In this document: piece by piece, positions 37,632 through 49,066 of the stretch
Numbering within the stretch: position 1 is the stretch's first letter
How the letters are laid out: every line of letters starts with the position of its first letter
DNA from: Cyanobacteria bacterium P01_F01_bin.150
GTDB lineage: Bacteria > Cyanobacteriota > Cyanobacteriia > CAKZMO01
DNA length: 64,000 nt
Assembly (NCBI GenBank): GCA_039189765.1
Contig: JBCCYL010000015.1
Span: 1-64,000 of the forward strand
Reading direction: 5' to 3'
The notes under the pieces: generated by a model
Told to the model about the DNA's origin: nothing
The model's database searches: none
The model's input: the letters and a program-made list of their open reading frames with translations, nothing else
Made by a program: the position numbers and the translations under genes

Positions 37632-38885
37632 ATGGCATCTCGAGTAGTAAAGCAGCCTATTATCAGCAGAAATAGCCGCAAATATGATCCATGGGATTTA
37701 ATGTTCAAAGAAGAGGCAGTTACTGACTCTGGAGTATACAACGCCCAAACGAAGATCTACGACACCTTCATTACTCTGGCAAAAACATGGGCATCGAATG
37801 ATGTACTCAGCCTTTTCCGGCAGGTTTTTATTCACTGTGTTGACTCCACCGAGAGCAATCTTACGCCAGCGCTTTATATTCTTCTACAAGCGGGGAATGA
37901 AGAGGACTTTCATTACACTCTCAACCGAGTGTGCTATATCCTTGTCAATAATTGGGAAACAGCTCGCGATCAAGATGCCATTATTGAACTAATTGATGTC
38001 CTGACAATGGCCACAGACCTCAAGACAGGAAACTCGCCTAAACTAAGGAAATTGAGGAGGTGGGTAACTACCTTTTTGGAAAGTCAAGCATTTAGAGATC
38101 TCAAGCTCTATACCTCTCGGGAGACACAATCATCGCATTGGACTCACCGCTACACATCCTATTTGTTAACGGCTCAATCGCTTAATCAGAATAATCCTGA
38201 TGAACAACGCTTAGCTGCCAATATCGCCTCAAATGAAATGCGGCGTGAGTTCAAGCGTAATTTAGCCATGTACACGCTTCAGTCTGACAAATCTAATTAC
38301 TCCACTGACACTCTCAAAAATCCCACTTTGCTTGGAGAGCATGTCTTACCGCTAATCAGAAAAATCCTGACGAAAAAAGGAAAGTTTGGCTGCCAGGATG
38401 TGGCTAACATATTTCTAGCCCAGTCTAAAAACGCAAAGTTTAAGCATTTTAAGCGTGGACTGGCGGAGTATATCGTATTTGCAATAGGGTCTGAGGAAAT
38501 AACAAAACTGTTGCAGACTCAGATATCCGAATATTTAGAGACCTTGTACACTCACTACGATAAGCGCCCTGTAGATGATGCCATTCTCCTCCGTACTGCC
38601 AATCAGATGATAGATTTTTTAATCATGAATCGGCGCGGAACTCCAGCACCCACCATGACTCTTCTGTTAAGTAAAGGCTATGCCCTCACTTTGGCAATTC
38701 TGCTGCTTAAGGTGATCATGATTAGTCCCAAATCCAGAAAATATTTGGAGGGTAAAATTGGCGATTTAGTGTCTTATTACGGCGAATTACCAGAAGGAGA
38801 ATGCCAATGGCTGATCCAGTTCCTAGAGATTCTAAACGTCACTTTTACTATCTATTCAGATCGGGGTTCAACTTTAGGTGGGTAG
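37632..38885 (+). CDS. Cyanobacterial hypothetical protein; C-terminus replaced by an inserted element
   Basis: 417-aa helical ORF (LNRVCYILVNNW, RYTSYLL, NPTLLG); last codons and stop lie inside the repeat. Confidence 0.8.
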   Translation: MASRVVKQPIISRNSRKYDPWDLMFKEEAVTDSGVYNAQTKIYDTFITLAKTWASNDVLSLFRQVFIHCVDSTESNLTPALYILLQAGNEEDFHYTLNRVCYILVNNWETARDQDAIIELIDVLTMATDLKTGNSPKLRKLRRWVTTFLESQAFRDLKLYTSRETQSSHWTHRYTSYLLTAQSLNQNNPDEQRLAANIASNEMRREFKRNLAMYTLQSDKSNYSTDTLKNPTLLGEHVLPLIRKILTKKGKFGCQDVANIFLAQSKNAKFKHFKRGLAEYIVFAIGSEEITKLLQTQISEYLETLYTHYDKRPVDDAILLRTANQMIDFLIMNRRGTPAPTMTLLLSKGYALTLAILLLKVIMISPKSRKYLEGKIGDLVSYYGELPEGECQWLIQFLEILNVTFTIYSDRGSTLGG

Positions 38886-38941
38886 TGGAGGCGCAATGTG
38901 CCCCCGCTACCGTTAATCTTGTTTCGCCTTAAAACGAAACC
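38863..38941 (-). mobile_element. 78-bp-family miniature element inserted in a gene 3' end
   Basis: Flanks CTATTCAGATC (38852-38862) / CTATGCAGATC (38942-38952). Confidence 0.88.
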
Positions 38942-39000
38942 CTATGCAGATCAAAATATAAGCCAGGAGCAAGTCAGAGTTTCTTCGTTGTTGTTTCCTG

Positions 39001-41118
39001 TTAACGCTCCAAGCAATCTAGAATAAAGGCATATTCAAATGCCTGTTCCTTCAAGCGACCATAGCGACCAGAGGCACCACCATGCCCAGCATCCATGTTA
39101 GTTTTGAGCAGAAGCTGACGCTGATCCGTTTTAAGGTCTCGTAGCTTGGCAGTCCATTTGGCTGGTTCCCAATAAGAGACCCTAGGATCGTTTAATCCTG
39201 CGGTAATCAGCAGATGAGGATAGTCTTGAGCCTTGACATTATCGTAAGGAGAGTAGGACTTCATGTAGTCGTAGAATTCAGGCTGGTTTGGATTACCCCA
39301 CTCATCCCATTCCATTACAGATAGAGGCAGGGACGGGTCCAGAATTGTTGTCAATACATCTACGAAAGGAACTGCGGCGATCGCCCCCTTGAATAGTTCA
39401 GGCCGCATATTCAATACCGCCCCCATCAGCAAACCGCCTGCACTGCCCCCTGAAATAGTCAACTTTTCAGCACAGGTCCACTGCTGCTCAATTAAGTATT
39501 CTGCACAAGCAATAAAATCAGTAAAAGTATTCTTTTTGTTGAGAAACTTACCATCTTCATACCACTTGCGCCCCATTTCGCCACCACCACGAATATGGGC
39601 GATCGCACACACGACTCCTCGGTCTAAGAGTGATAACCGCTGAGATCCAAAACTCACTGGATAAGGATATCCATAGGAGCCATAACCTGTTAAAAACAGG
39701 GGAGCTTGACCATTTCTCTCTAAGCCTTTCTTGTAAACAAGAGAGATGGGAATCGACGTACCGTCAGTCGCTGTTGCCATTAGCCATTCGCTTTGATAGT
39801 CGTCCCGGTCATATCCTCCCAAAACAGGAGTTTCCTTCTTTAATTCCCGCTCGTGGGTGACCATATCATAGTCAAATACCGATGATGGCGTGGTTAGAGA
39901 GGTGTAGGTAAAACGCAAATTAGTCGTATCAAACTCAGGCATGGCACCAGAGGACACCGAATAGGTTGGCTCCGGGAACGTCAACGGATGAGGGGATTGA
40001 CGTTCATTTGCTGATGTTGGAATTCCCTGAATCTGAATAGTGGGCAAACCATTCTCGCGCTCGTAACGCACTAGGTAATCTCTAAAAACATCAATGCCTC
40101 TGAGCATTACATCTTCTCGATGGGGAATCACAGTTTGCCAGTGCTCTTTCCCTGGTTTTACAACACTTGTGGCCATTAACTTGAAGTTAATCGCATTTTC
40201 ATTGGTCACAATAAAGAATCGATCGGTAGCTTCACCCGTAGCATTACCTGGGTGATGATAAACACCATACTCTATACCCGGAATTCGAGGCTGGATCAGT
40301 TGTAAGTCGTCCAAAGGAGAATCTGCCGAGAGAAAACGGACCTCTGAGGTAATCTTGCTATCAGCAGATAAGAAAATATAGGCGTTACTGCGAGTGCGCT
40401 CTACATATAAATAAAATCCATCATCCGACTCCTCGTAGAGCAGCACATCCGCTGCCGGATCTGTACCCAGTTCATGACGCCAACATTGAAAAGGGCGATG
40501 GGCCTGATCAATACGAACGTAAAACAGAGTGCGATTGTCATTGGCCCAAACCGCATCACTCACCTCTTCAATCAATTCTGGGAAACAGCTCCCTGTCGAT
40601 AGATCCTTAATTTGTAGGGTGTAGGATTCGGAACCGTTAGTATCAGTGGAATAGGCCAAGTACTGATGATTTGGACTAATCGTTGTTGTACCCAGGCTAA
40701 AGAAAGGATAGCCCTCAGCTAGCTGATTTTGATCCAACAATATTTCTTCTTCACTTTCCAAAATTTCTTTTTTACGACAGAAAATTCTGTACGCTTTACC
40801 CGTTTCGGTGCGGCTGTAGTAAAAGTAGGGGCCATGCCGGTAAGGTACGGAAAGATCGGTTTCTTGAATACGACCCAACATCTCCTGATAAAGTTGATCC
40901 TGTAACTCCTTAGCATGGGCCATTTGCGCTTCGGTATAAGCGTTTTCAGCCTCCAAATACTCAATAACCTCAGGATTTTCCTTCTCCCTGATCCAATAGT
41001 AAGGATCGGTGCGGCGATCGCTATGCGTCTCAAGAACCTTGGGGCGCTTAACAGCAACCGGATACTCTATAAGTGAAGCCGAAAGTGGAGATGATTGTGA
41101 CGATTCAGGATTACGCAT
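39001..41118 (-). CDS. ptrB: S9 family oligopeptidase B (protease II)
   Basis: DPYYWIR, GGSAGG (catalytic Ser), NDPRV (Asp) and AGHGG (His). Confidence 0.93.
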   Translation of the reverse strand: MRNPESSQSSPLSASLIEYPVAVKRPKVLETHSDRRTDPYYWIREKENPEVIEYLEAENAYTEAQMAHAKELQDQLYQEMLGRIQETDLSVPYRHGPYFYYSRTETGKAYRIFCRKKEILESEEEILLDQNQLAEGYPFFSLGTTTISPNHQYLAYSTDTNGSESYTLQIKDLSTGSCFPELIEEVSDAVWANDNRTLFYVRIDQAHRPFQCWRHELGTDPAADVLLYEESDDGFYLYVERTRSNAYIFLSADSKITSEVRFLSADSPLDDLQLIQPRIPGIEYGVYHHPGNATGEATDRFFIVTNENAINFKLMATSVVKPGKEHWQTVIPHREDVMLRGIDVFRDYLVRYERENGLPTIQIQGIPTSANERQSPHPLTFPEPTYSVSSGAMPEFDTTNLRFTYTSLTTPSSVFDYDMVTHERELKKETPVLGGYDRDDYQSEWLMATATDGTSIPISLVYKKGLERNGQAPLFLTGYGSYGYPYPVSFGSQRLSLLDRGVVCAIAHIRGGGEMGRKWYEDGKFLNKKNTFTDFIACAEYLIEQQWTCAEKLTISGGSAGGLLMGAVLNMRPELFKGAIAAVPFVDVLTTILDPSLPLSVMEWDEWGNPNQPEFYDYMKSYSPYDNVKAQDYPHLLITAGLNDPRVSYWEPAKWTAKLRDLKTDQRQLLLKTNMDAGHGGASGRYGRLKEQAFEYAFILDCLER

Positions 41119-41390
41119 GAAATGGCAAAAGACTACAATTAGCTATGGATAACATGGGGCCTATAGCATTAGCCTAGAGTCAATCACCCGGCTCTAGCAA
41201 TAGGATCACCTACATTTTTGAGAAATTAGATGAAATCTTCTCAAAGGCAAATAGAACAGGACACCATGCTCGTTATCACTCTTCGCTTTTATTAAGCTTT
41301 ACCTTAGTTTAAAGCGCCGGTGACAAATGGTTTTATTGTCGAGAGAAAATCCGGTACAAATTTCTCAAGACTTTTCCTAAAGCTATGTTT

Positions 41391-41699
41391 CTAATTAGAC
41401 GTTTGTGGCTTGACGGGTTCTCCATCCACTAACTCAATTTGTCCTGATTCACGCACACAAAATAATTTCCATCGTTGATTATTTACTTTTCCAGGAAGAA
41501 AACCCATAATCATCAGGTACTCTTCCTTTTCACCCCGTCTAACGCGGACCAGCAATTCACCATTGCGTTGACTAACAATCAACGCCTCTATTTCAAACTC
41601 GCCCTCCTGTTCCCAGGGCATTAAAATGCGCTCACCAGATGCTGGGTTGGTGCGCAAAATTGCACGAATATTTTCAGATTCAGGTTTGCGAGGAACCAT
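41391..41699 (-). CDS. Hypothetical protein
   Basis: 102-aa ATG ORF with protein-like composition; family not recognised. Confidence 0.55.
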   Translation of the reverse strand: MVPRKPESENIRAILRTNPASGERILMPWEQEGEFEIEALIVSQRNGELLVRVRRGEKEEYLMIMGFLPGKVNNQRWKLFCVRESGQIELVDGEPVKPQTSN

Positions 41700-41886
41700 A
41701 ATTTTGTCAAACGTTGTATTAAGAGGAGACTATTGCTCAGCAAAGAGTTATATCAATGCCATAGTGATACTATCACCTTGGGCAGAATTGGGAACGTGTT
41801 TCACACATCTTCAACGATTTAATTTTCAAAAGCCTTATCAAGCGAATTTTGTCCCAAATATATTAACGAAATCTTATAAATATGGT

Positions 41887-42207
41887 ATGAACACGACACT
41901 GATTGACCTATGTGGCTGGTTACCGGCCATTATTATCCCACTAGCAACAATTATTCAGCTCAGTGCAATCTTTCGAAATCGTTCCACCGCAGGCATTAGC
42001 GCTATCACTTGGTTCCTATTTGGCATCGCCAACGTAGGATTATACATCTACACAGAAAAATATGGAGACATCCAAGCCATTGCTGGCCTACTTGGCTCAG
42101 CCCTATTAGATTTTATTATTACTGGTTTGGCGATCGCCCAGTATGGCAGTCAATCACAAGAAAAAAAGGCAGAAGTGGACCAAGGTGACCCTGAATATCT
42201 AAGTTGA
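41887..42207 (+). CDS. Small 3-TM membrane protein (PQ-loop/SemiSWEET-like)
   Basis: GWLPAIIIP..IQL..STAGISAITW pattern; start ATG 41887. Confidence 0.65.
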   Translation: MNTTLIDLCGWLPAIIIPLATIIQLSAIFRNRSTAGISAITWFLFGIANVGLYIYTEKYGDIQAIAGLLGSALLDFIITGLAIAQYGSQSQEKKAEVDQGDPEYLS

Positions 42208-42852
42208 TGCCACTTTACTGGCACTGATTTGACTTCTTAAAACTGATGCCCGCTCTGTGATCAGTGCCCAATTCTCTTTGTCCAGAAGAGGCTTGGGGAA
42301 TAGGTGACTGGACAATCCCACCGCGATCGCTCCTGCCTTCAGAAACTCCAGGGCATTGTGAGTCGTAATCCCCCCTGTAGGAATTAAGGGAATATGACCA
42401 AGAGGTCCTCGCAAGCAGTTCAAATAGCTTGTTCCCCCCATCGTTTTAATGGGAAATACTTTTACGCAAGCGGCCCCTGCCTGCCATGCGGTAACAATTT
42501 CTGTCGGCGATAGTGCGCCAGGTACCATTGGGACCTGTTGGGCATAGGACAAGCGAATCAGGACTTCACTAGTATGGGGACTAAATGCAAATTTAGCGCC
42601 TGCATCAATGGCAGCTTGCAGATCCGCTGGCGTCAGAATGGTCCCGGTACCGATAATACAGTCAGGATAATCCTCCACCAGGGTGCGAATTAAATTCGCT
42701 GCGTTACCACTGTTCCAGGTAATTTCAATCAGCCCCATGCCAGCTTCTATCACCGCCTGGGCCATCTTAAGCGCAATAGTGGCGTCATGGGAACGGACAA
42801 CAGCAATTGCCCGATGGGTCTCTAGTAAACGAAGCCATTCCTCTGGAGTCAT
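42199..42852 (-). CDS. eda: KHG/KDPG aldolase
   Basis: IAVVR, IEIT, GTGTI, PGALSPTE, VKVFP and PTGGI motifs. Confidence 0.93.
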   Translation of the reverse strand: MTPEEWLRLLETHRAIAVVRSHDATIALKMAQAVIEAGMGLIEITWNSGNAANLIRTLVEDYPDCIIGTGTILTPADLQAAIDAGAKFAFSPHTSEVLIRLSYAQQVPMVPGALSPTEIVTAWQAGAACVKVFPIKTMGGTSYLNCLRGPLGHIPLIPTGGITTHNALEFLKAGAIAVGLSSHLFPKPLLDKENWALITERASVLRSQISASKVAST

Positions 42853-43015
42853 AGGGTATGGTCTACAGGAGTTATTGTCTAACCGATCCCCAATATTTGT
42901 ATATCAACATTGGGCAAATGATATGAACGCGAATGCTCACATCATCGTTAATTTTGATTTGCCCTAAAACAAGGCCTCAATATTCTAGCTTTTAGCCTTA
43001 ACTCTGGGCTTGATT

Positions 43016-44329
43016 TTAGCGTTGATTCCAGGATTGTTCAGCATCTGCTAACGCATCATCAACAGACTTTTGGCCCAACATAGCAGCTTGAAGATTTTCA
43101 TAGATGATCTTTTGTAGCTGCTTCACGTCTTCCATGGCAGGAATTAGCACCTCAGCTTGCTCCATCTGTCCGGCGCTCACCAAGCGTGCTTTATCCCCCG
43201 GTGAGGCATCGCTGACCTCAAGCGTAAAATAATCATCTGTAAGAGCGGTTTGAGTTGAGGGCAATACATTGGCTTCTTTAGCAAAAGACAATTGATTGAC
43301 ATCATTTGTCACGTACAGTGCAAAGTCCAGGGCCGCATCAGGGACATCGGTTCCTCTGGGAATCACCACATTCATGGCCGCCACATTCATCGCCCCAGTT
43401 TGCCCGGTGATTTGAGGTGCCGTTGATGATACTTCAGCAATGGATGGGGCATTCTTGGCGATCGCATCCAAAAAATGAGGGCTGGATGACACCATCGCAA
43501 TTTCACCAGCCTGATAAAGCTCTATCCCTCGGCGATGTCCCTGGGTCAACACATCCCTTGGAATCAGCTCATTTTGATACAAATCCACCCAATATTGAAA
43601 TGCCGCCTTACCTTCCTGGGTATTAAACGCCGCCTTGCCCTGATCATCCACCAATGTCACATCCATCTTTACCAGCGATTGCAAAATATCCGCCGCATCG
43701 TCAGCCACAAAAGTTATAAAAAAGGCATATTTCCCGGTGGTATCTTTTACCTTTTTAGCAGCGATAGCCAATTCAGCAAACGTGGATGGCGGCTCATCAA
43801 CTTGGGCTTGCCCAAAGAGCTCTTCGTTATAAATGGTGACACTCGCCGTGAGATACCAAGGTAAGCCAAAACTCTCACCGTTGAGGGTATTGGACTGCCA
43901 GATTTTGGGTAAATAGGTCTGCTTATCTACATCCGATACCTGATTGTCCAAAGTAAGCCATGCGTTACGGCTAGCAAGCTGTGAAGCAAAATCAGGGTTC
44001 AAATTCACCACATCAGGAGCCGTTCCCGCAGATACAGAGGTCAGAATTTTGCTTTGCATATCTCCCCAAGGGACATCTACCCAGCGAACGCTCGTGTCAG
44101 GATTTTGGCTCTCAAAATCAGCAATCAGCTCATTGAAGTAGTCTGTAAAATCGGGCTGGAGCTGCATTGTCCAGAAGACGACTTCTTGGGTTGCACTTGC
44201 ATCTGAACCCGAGTCTGCGTTCTCTTGAGATGACGATTGTCCACAGCCTGAGGTCGTCAGAGCGATCGCCAACCCTACGCTCAAGGCCACATTCCAATGC
44301 TGACTTAATCTAGTCAATCGGTGCTCCAT
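43016..44329 (-). CDS. Sugar ABC transporter substrate-binding lipoprotein
   Basis: Lipobox TSGC; FWTMQL, WVDVPW, APDVVNLNP and GLPWY motifs. Confidence 0.9.
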   Translation of the reverse strand: MEHRLTRLSQHWNVALSVGLAIALTTSGCGQSSSQENADSGSDASATQEVVFWTMQLQPDFTDYFNELIADFESQNPDTSVRWVDVPWGDMQSKILTSVSAGTAPDVVNLNPDFASQLASRNAWLTLDNQVSDVDKQTYLPKIWQSNTLNGESFGLPWYLTASVTIYNEELFGQAQVDEPPSTFAELAIAAKKVKDTTGKYAFFITFVADDAADILQSLVKMDVTLVDDQGKAAFNTQEGKAAFQYWVDLYQNELIPRDVLTQGHRRGIELYQAGEIAMVSSSPHFLDAIAKNAPSIAEVSSTAPQITGQTGAMNVAAMNVVIPRGTDVPDAALDFALYVTNDVNQLSFAKEANVLPSTQTALTDDYFTLEVSDASPGDKARLVSAGQMEQAEVLIPAMEDVKQLQKIIYENLQAAMLGQKSVDDALADAEQSWNQR

Positions 44330-44358
44330 ACGCCCTCCTCCTAAGACTATTTCTGTCG

Positions 44359-44448
44359 TGTATCAACCCTAACTGGATAGTGAGGGAATCGCCTACGCTA
44401 GTATTAGCGTTGTTTCTCCTCAAAACCATTTCGCCTCAAACCTGAACC
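44359..44448 (-). mobile_element. Degenerate 78-bp-family element
   Basis: GTATCAACCCTAA..GATAGTGAGG left end, TTTCGCCTCAAACCTGAACC right end; CTGTCG in both flanks. Confidence 0.5.
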
Positions 44449-44485
44449 CACCCTGTCGGACAGTGTACGTTAAATTGAGTTCTAT

Positions 44486-44538
44486 AAAAACTTAGAGGGT
44501 GAGAGCTTGAGACCTGCTCAACTCCTCACCCTCTAAAA
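44486..44538 (-). terminator. Hairpin terminator downstream of rpsF
   Basis: TTAGAGGGTGAG...CTCACCCTCTAA stem with A tract. Confidence 0.7.
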
Positions 44539-44599
44539 ATGATGTCCAACTTAACCAACGTTAATTCATCACATCAGCTAATTTTCCCCCAAAAAAATC

Positions 44600-44944
44600 C
44601 TAGCTAGGGCGTTCACTGACAACTTCCTCAACGGTCGGCTCTTCAGCATCATTGGAAGATAATTCTTGCTTAATGGTCAAGTAACGAATAACATCCTCAC
44701 TCAAACGCATGGCACGCTCCATGGCCTTAACCGCATCGCCGGGACTTTGATAATTCATTTGAATATAAACCCCTTCACGATAGCGCTGAATTTCATAAGC
44801 AAGTCGGCGTCTACCCCGATGTTGAGTTTCAATATCAGCAGCACCATTATCAATTAATAATGTCTGATATTTGGTAATCGCCTGATCAGTCTGCTCTTCG
44901 CCCATGTCAGGACGAAGAATATACATCGTTTCGTAAGCCTGCAT
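44600..44944 (-). CDS. rpsF: 30S ribosomal protein S6
   Basis: [19 protein letters not shown] and SEDVIRYL motifs. Confidence 0.97.
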   Translation of the reverse strand: MQAYETMYILRPDMGEEQTDQAITKYQTLLIDNGAADIETQHRGRRRLAYEIQRYREGVYIQMNYQSPGDAVKAMERAMRLSEDVIRYLTIKQELSSNDAEEPTVEEVVSERPS

Positions 44945-45409
44945 TAAATTAGTACTCCTTCTGGACAAATGGCCCCTATGGAATCAACAGTTATCGCCAA
45001 CAGCTCGTATACGAGTGATGCTGGAGCACCATGTACAAGCTGCTTAGCGTCTAACTAGAGGCAAGGATCTAATATCATATACCAAGAAGAAGGCCTTTTA
45101 CTTGCCAACACTTGGACTTCGCCCTCATCAATGGCTTCAAAAGCAGTTCGCATCTCTAACGGAATAGCCTAAAGTAGATAAGTCTTATGATTTTTATACA
45201 TTCTTGGCTTATCATTAAAATGCTAATAAATAATAAAAAATAAATGATTCCGTTGACTCTCCACAATGCCTTGCTTGAGGCTAAACAATAGAGTGAACTT
45301 TATAAGATGTGGCGGGAAAGGTGGGGTATGGTAGAGCGTATGACTTCGTTCCTGACACACTCACTCATACAGGTCTTTATCATCCTTACAGAAGAAGCAA
45401 ATAATAGCT

Positions 45410-46252
45410 ATGGCGCAGCGCTATGTCCGAGTGCAAACGAACCAAGGACACCTCCACTACGGGATCCTGAACCTTGATAGATGTGTGCAAGTTTTAGATG
45501 CTCCGCCTTGGTTGAGAGGGCAACCAACCGAGCTTTTGTTGTCAGCAGACGAGTATCACCTAATGGCTCCTTGCGCACCTTCAAAGATTGTAGCGGTGGG
45601 CAAAAACTATCGGAAGCATGCTGCCGAGATGGATTCGGTTGTTCCATCAGAGCCTTTATTATTTATCAAGCCTTCTACCACGTTAACGGCAACCCAATCG
45701 ATTATCCTCTATCCGTTCCAATCTAGTCGCGTAGATTATGAAGGAGAACTGGCCCTAATTATTGGCGATCGCTGTGCCGATTGTTCCCCCGAAGAAGCTC
45801 AAAGCAAGATTTGGGGTTACACTATCGCCAACGATGTAACCGCCCGAGACTTGCAACGTCAAGACAGCCAGTGGACTAGGGCTAAAGGCTTCGATACTTT
45901 TTGTCCCCTTGGACCATGGATTGTTAGAGAATTACCGGTTGGTGCCCAAATAGAGACCCATTTGAATGAAGATGAAAAACCTGTGCAATCAGCCTGCACT
46001 GAAGACATGGTGTTCCCTCCAGACATCTTAGTAGCTTACATCAGCCAAATTATGACGCTGTTACCGGGCGATGTAGTTTTAACAGGAACCCCAGAAGGGG
46101 TAGGACCCTTACATGTGGGCGATCGCGTCCGAGTTACCATTGAAGGCATTGGGTCTCTTGAGAATCAAATTGAGCCTAGGCCAAGACCAGAGGCCATTAA
46201 TCGTAACCGAAGTATAAAAAAAGACCTGAATGAGATCAGTGGGCCAGATTAG
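45410..46252 (+). CDS. Fumarylacetoacetate hydrolase family protein
   Basis: VGKNYRKH, DYEGEL, NDVTARD, AKGFDTF and TGTPEG motifs. Confidence 0.95.
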   Translation: MAQRYVRVQTNQGHLHYGILNLDRCVQVLDAPPWLRGQPTELLLSADEYHLMAPCAPSKIVAVGKNYRKHAAEMDSVVPSEPLLFIKPSTTLTATQSIILYPFQSSRVDYEGELALIIGDRCADCSPEEAQSKIWGYTIANDVTARDLQRQDSQWTRAKGFDTFCPLGPWIVRELPVGAQIETHLNEDEKPVQSACTEDMVFPPDILVAYISQIMTLLPGDVVLTGTPEGVGPLHVGDRVRVTIEGIGSLENQIEPRPRPEAINRNRSIKKDLNEISGPD

Positions 46253-46295
46253 AGCATTAGCTCTAATCAAATCCACAATAATGACATATGTTGCC

Positions 46296-46811
46296 CTAAC
46301 GAACTTGCATGTAAACTGCATCGGAGATAGTTGGAATTTCCGCATACTTACCCAATGCCGACTGGAAAATTGAGTAGACGATGATAGCCAACCCTCCCAG
46401 CACTATCGTATTGATCAGAGTGACTCCGAGCATCGTATTGCCTAAAACTGGGACAATATTCAGAATAAGCTGCCAGAGAATACTAAATAAGCTCAATGCA
46501 ATACCCACTAAGATCGCTTGCATCGCATTAAAGCGGATAAAGTGACGAATCCGCTCGTTTCGCACAACTAATGCAAAAACTAGAATAAATGCAATAAAAT
46601 CGCCAAGGGGAATTTGTCCGACAATGCTGGCGTAAAGCCCAAATAGCAGATTTAGGGGAATCATCAGTAACGATACACCCGGGATAGAATTTAGCGTTTG
46701 AAGAATATCACCATAAGCAAAATCAAGGCGATAGGCATCTGCTAGCGGCAGAGCATAAACTAAGCAAGAAAAAAATCGATCCATTGCTGTTGAGCTGCCT
46801 CGCCATGTCAT
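46296..46811 (-). CDS. Tic20/Ycf60 family membrane protein
   Basis: MTWRGS, VVRNERIRHFIRFNAMQA and IPTISDAVYMQV motifs. Confidence 0.9.
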   Translation of the reverse strand: MTWRGSSTAMDRFFSCLVYALPLADAYRLDFAYGDILQTLNSIPGVSLLMIPLNLLFGLYASIVGQIPLGDFIAFILVFALVVRNERIRHFIRFNAMQAILVGIALSLFSILWQLILNIVPVLGNTMLGVTLINTIVLGGLAIIVYSIFQSALGKYAEIPTISDAVYMQVR

Positions 46812-46982
46812 TATTTTTCTCCCTATGTAAACTTGGCTTACCTTAGAGAGTAGCAATTTTTTCGAGAAACGCAGAGAAATTTGTGCACAGTTTGTGACAG
46901 AACATGTAAAAGGTAAGCAATTATATTCATACCATCTACAAATTTACACCCATTTGCTGAAGCGTTGCAGTCACAACAAGTC

Positions 46983-47192
46983 TTAACCATCAATGTGAGC
47001 AATGCGAAATCCCATCTGACATTCATATTGATTAAGGCGATGGTCACCATCTTCAGGCAAACATTGCAATGCTCGACCACACAAAAGCTCTCCACCATAC
47101 CAACGAGGCCTTCCCTGCTGGTCCGCCATCACGCATCCTTGACACACTGATTGGGACGGGAGCAATTGATTATCCATGAGGATCACTAGCAT
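46983..47192 (-). CDS. Small Cys-rich cyanobacterial protein
   Basis: MLVILMD..VCQGCVMADQQGRPRW..C..YECQMGFRIA; GGAGG ribosome site upstream. Confidence 0.8.
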   Translation of the reverse strand: MLVILMDNQLLPSQSVCQGCVMADQQGRPRWYGGELLCGRALQCLPEDGDHRLNQYECQMGFRIAHIDG

Positions 47193-47233
47193 CCTTGCAC
47201 CTCCAATGACTCACCTCTACGACTCATTTTAGG

Positions 47234-47311
47234 GGTTTCGTTTTAAGGCGAAACAAAATCAACGTTAGTGGGGACGCTCCATGTACCCACTAACAGCCTA
47301 AAGTTGATACC
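47234..47311 (+). mobile_element. 78-bp-family miniature element with perfect 9-bp TSD
   Basis: CATTTTAGG at 47225-47233 and 47312-47320. Confidence 0.92.
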
Positions 47312-47551
47312 CATTTTAGGCGGGAGATATAGTTGCTGTCTGTTGAAGACAGAGAAACGTTACTCAAACTTTATGGGTTCTTCAATTCCAACTCCCCTTA
47401 TAAAATTCCCCATAAATATGTGCAAAAAACTTGAAGCCAGATGAATTGTAGGGACAAGACACGTTAGTATGTTTATCCTGTGGCTCTATTTTATTAAATT
47501 GAGCGGCCCAAATATTTCTACTGATTCTTAAGACTTGAAAGGAGCATCATT

Positions 47552-48835
47552 GTGACCCAATCTAACACTGATTACCTTGTCCAGACAGATGCAACTGTGG
47601 CTCAAATGCTCCAGAATGAGCTACAGCGTCAACAAGAGCACCTCGAACTGATTGCTAGTGAGAATTTTGCGTCTCCTGCCGTTATGGCTGCTCAAGGCTC
47701 AGTGTTGACGAATAAGTACGCTGAAGGCTTACCACAAAAGCGATACTACGGTGGATGTGAATTCATAGATCAGGTCGAGCAGCTAGCCATTGATCGAGTC
47801 AAAGAGTTATTTGGAGCAGCCCATGCCAATGTTCAGCCCCACTCTGGTGCCCAAGCAAACTTTGCGGTCTTCCTAGCGTTGCTCCAGCCCGGCGATACGA
47901 TTATGGGTATGGACTTGTCCCACGGAGGACACTTGACCCATGGCTCTCCCGTTAATGTATCGGGTAAGTGGTTCAATGTTTGCCACTATGGGGTTAATCA
48001 AGAAACCGAACAGCTTGATTACGATAATATTCGAGAGATTGCATTGGAGCACAAGCCCAAACTAATAATCTGTGGATACTCTGCCTACCCTCGCACCATT
48101 CATTTTGAAAAGTTACGGGCGATCGCCGATGAAATCGGTGCATTTCTGATGGCAGACATTGCCCATATTGCTGGACTTGTCGCCAGTGGACATCATCCTA
48201 ATCCCCTTCCACATTGCGATGTCGTTACTACCACCACTCATAAAACCCTACGGGGACCTCGCGGTGGTTTGATTATGACCCGAGACCCAGAGCTGGGCAA
48301 AAAATTTGACAAAGCTGTTTTTCCTGGTAGTCAGGGTGGTCCTTTGGAGCATGTCATTGCGGCAAAAGCTGTTGCCTTTGGGGAAGCTCTCAAGCCCGAA
48401 TTTAAAGCTTACTGCGGTCAGGTCGTTGCTAATGCCAAAGCAATGGGTAAGCGTCTCCAAGAACGAGGATTCAAGATCGTATCCAGTGGCACTGATAACC
48501 ATCTAATCTTAGTTGACCTCCGTTCCATCGGCATGACTGGAAAAGTTGCGGATCAGCTTGTCAGTTTAGTCAACATCACTGCTAATAAAAATACCGTTCC
48601 CTTCGACCCTGAATCACCGTTCGTCACCAGTGGTCTTCGGTTAGGCTCTCCAGCCATGACCACACGCGGTATGGGGACAGAGGAATTTGCAGAGATCGCT
48701 GACATTATTGCCGATCGGTTATTGAATCCTGAAGATGAGGCGATCGCCCAAAACTGTCTTAACCGCGTTAAATCTCTCTGCAATCGCTTTCCCCTTTATC
48801 GCCATCTCCAGCAGGCAGAACCCGCTCTTGTCTAG
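47552..48835 (+). CDS. glyA: Serine hydroxymethyltransferase
   Basis: LIASENF, NKYAEG, GGHLTHG and [14 protein letters not shown] motifs; GTG start after GGAG. Confidence 0.98.
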   Translation: MTQSNTDYLVQTDATVAQMLQNELQRQQEHLELIASENFASPAVMAAQGSVLTNKYAEGLPQKRYYGGCEFIDQVEQLAIDRVKELFGAAHANVQPHSGAQANFAVFLALLQPGDTIMGMDLSHGGHLTHGSPVNVSGKWFNVCHYGVNQETEQLDYDNIREIALEHKPKLIICGYSAYPRTIHFEKLRAIADEIGAFLMADIAHIAGLVASGHHPNPLPHCDVVTTTTHKTLRGPRGGLIMTRDPELGKKFDKAVFPGSQGGPLEHVIAAKAVAFGEALKPEFKAYCGQVVANAKAMGKRLQERGFKIVSSGTDNHLILVDLRSIGMTGKVADQLVSLVNITANKNTVPFDPESPFVTSGLRLGSPAMTTRGMGTEEFAEIADIIADRLLNPEDEAIAQNCLNRVKSLCNRFPLYRHLQQAEPALV

Positions 48836-49066
48836 ATCAACCTGGGCAAATTCCCAGATTCTCTAATCTGAGGTAGTCGGCTTAACTTGCGGACCTTATG
48901 ATTAATATCAAGGTTCCTCAGGATATATCCGGTTTTGTGTGCAGTCACGACGCAGAATATGAAAGGGCATCCCCTATTGACAAGATTCCCGTCATAAGGT
49001 CTCTTGAAATAGACACGTTTCCAATTTCCCAATACTTGTCGTGCTTGTACATCACTAAGGTTAGCC

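Noticed and set aside
41626..41886. 87-aa upstream extension of the small membrane protein
   Set aside because: Overlaps the opposite-strand ORF and AT-rich intergenic DNA; ATG 41887 gives a compact 3-TM protein
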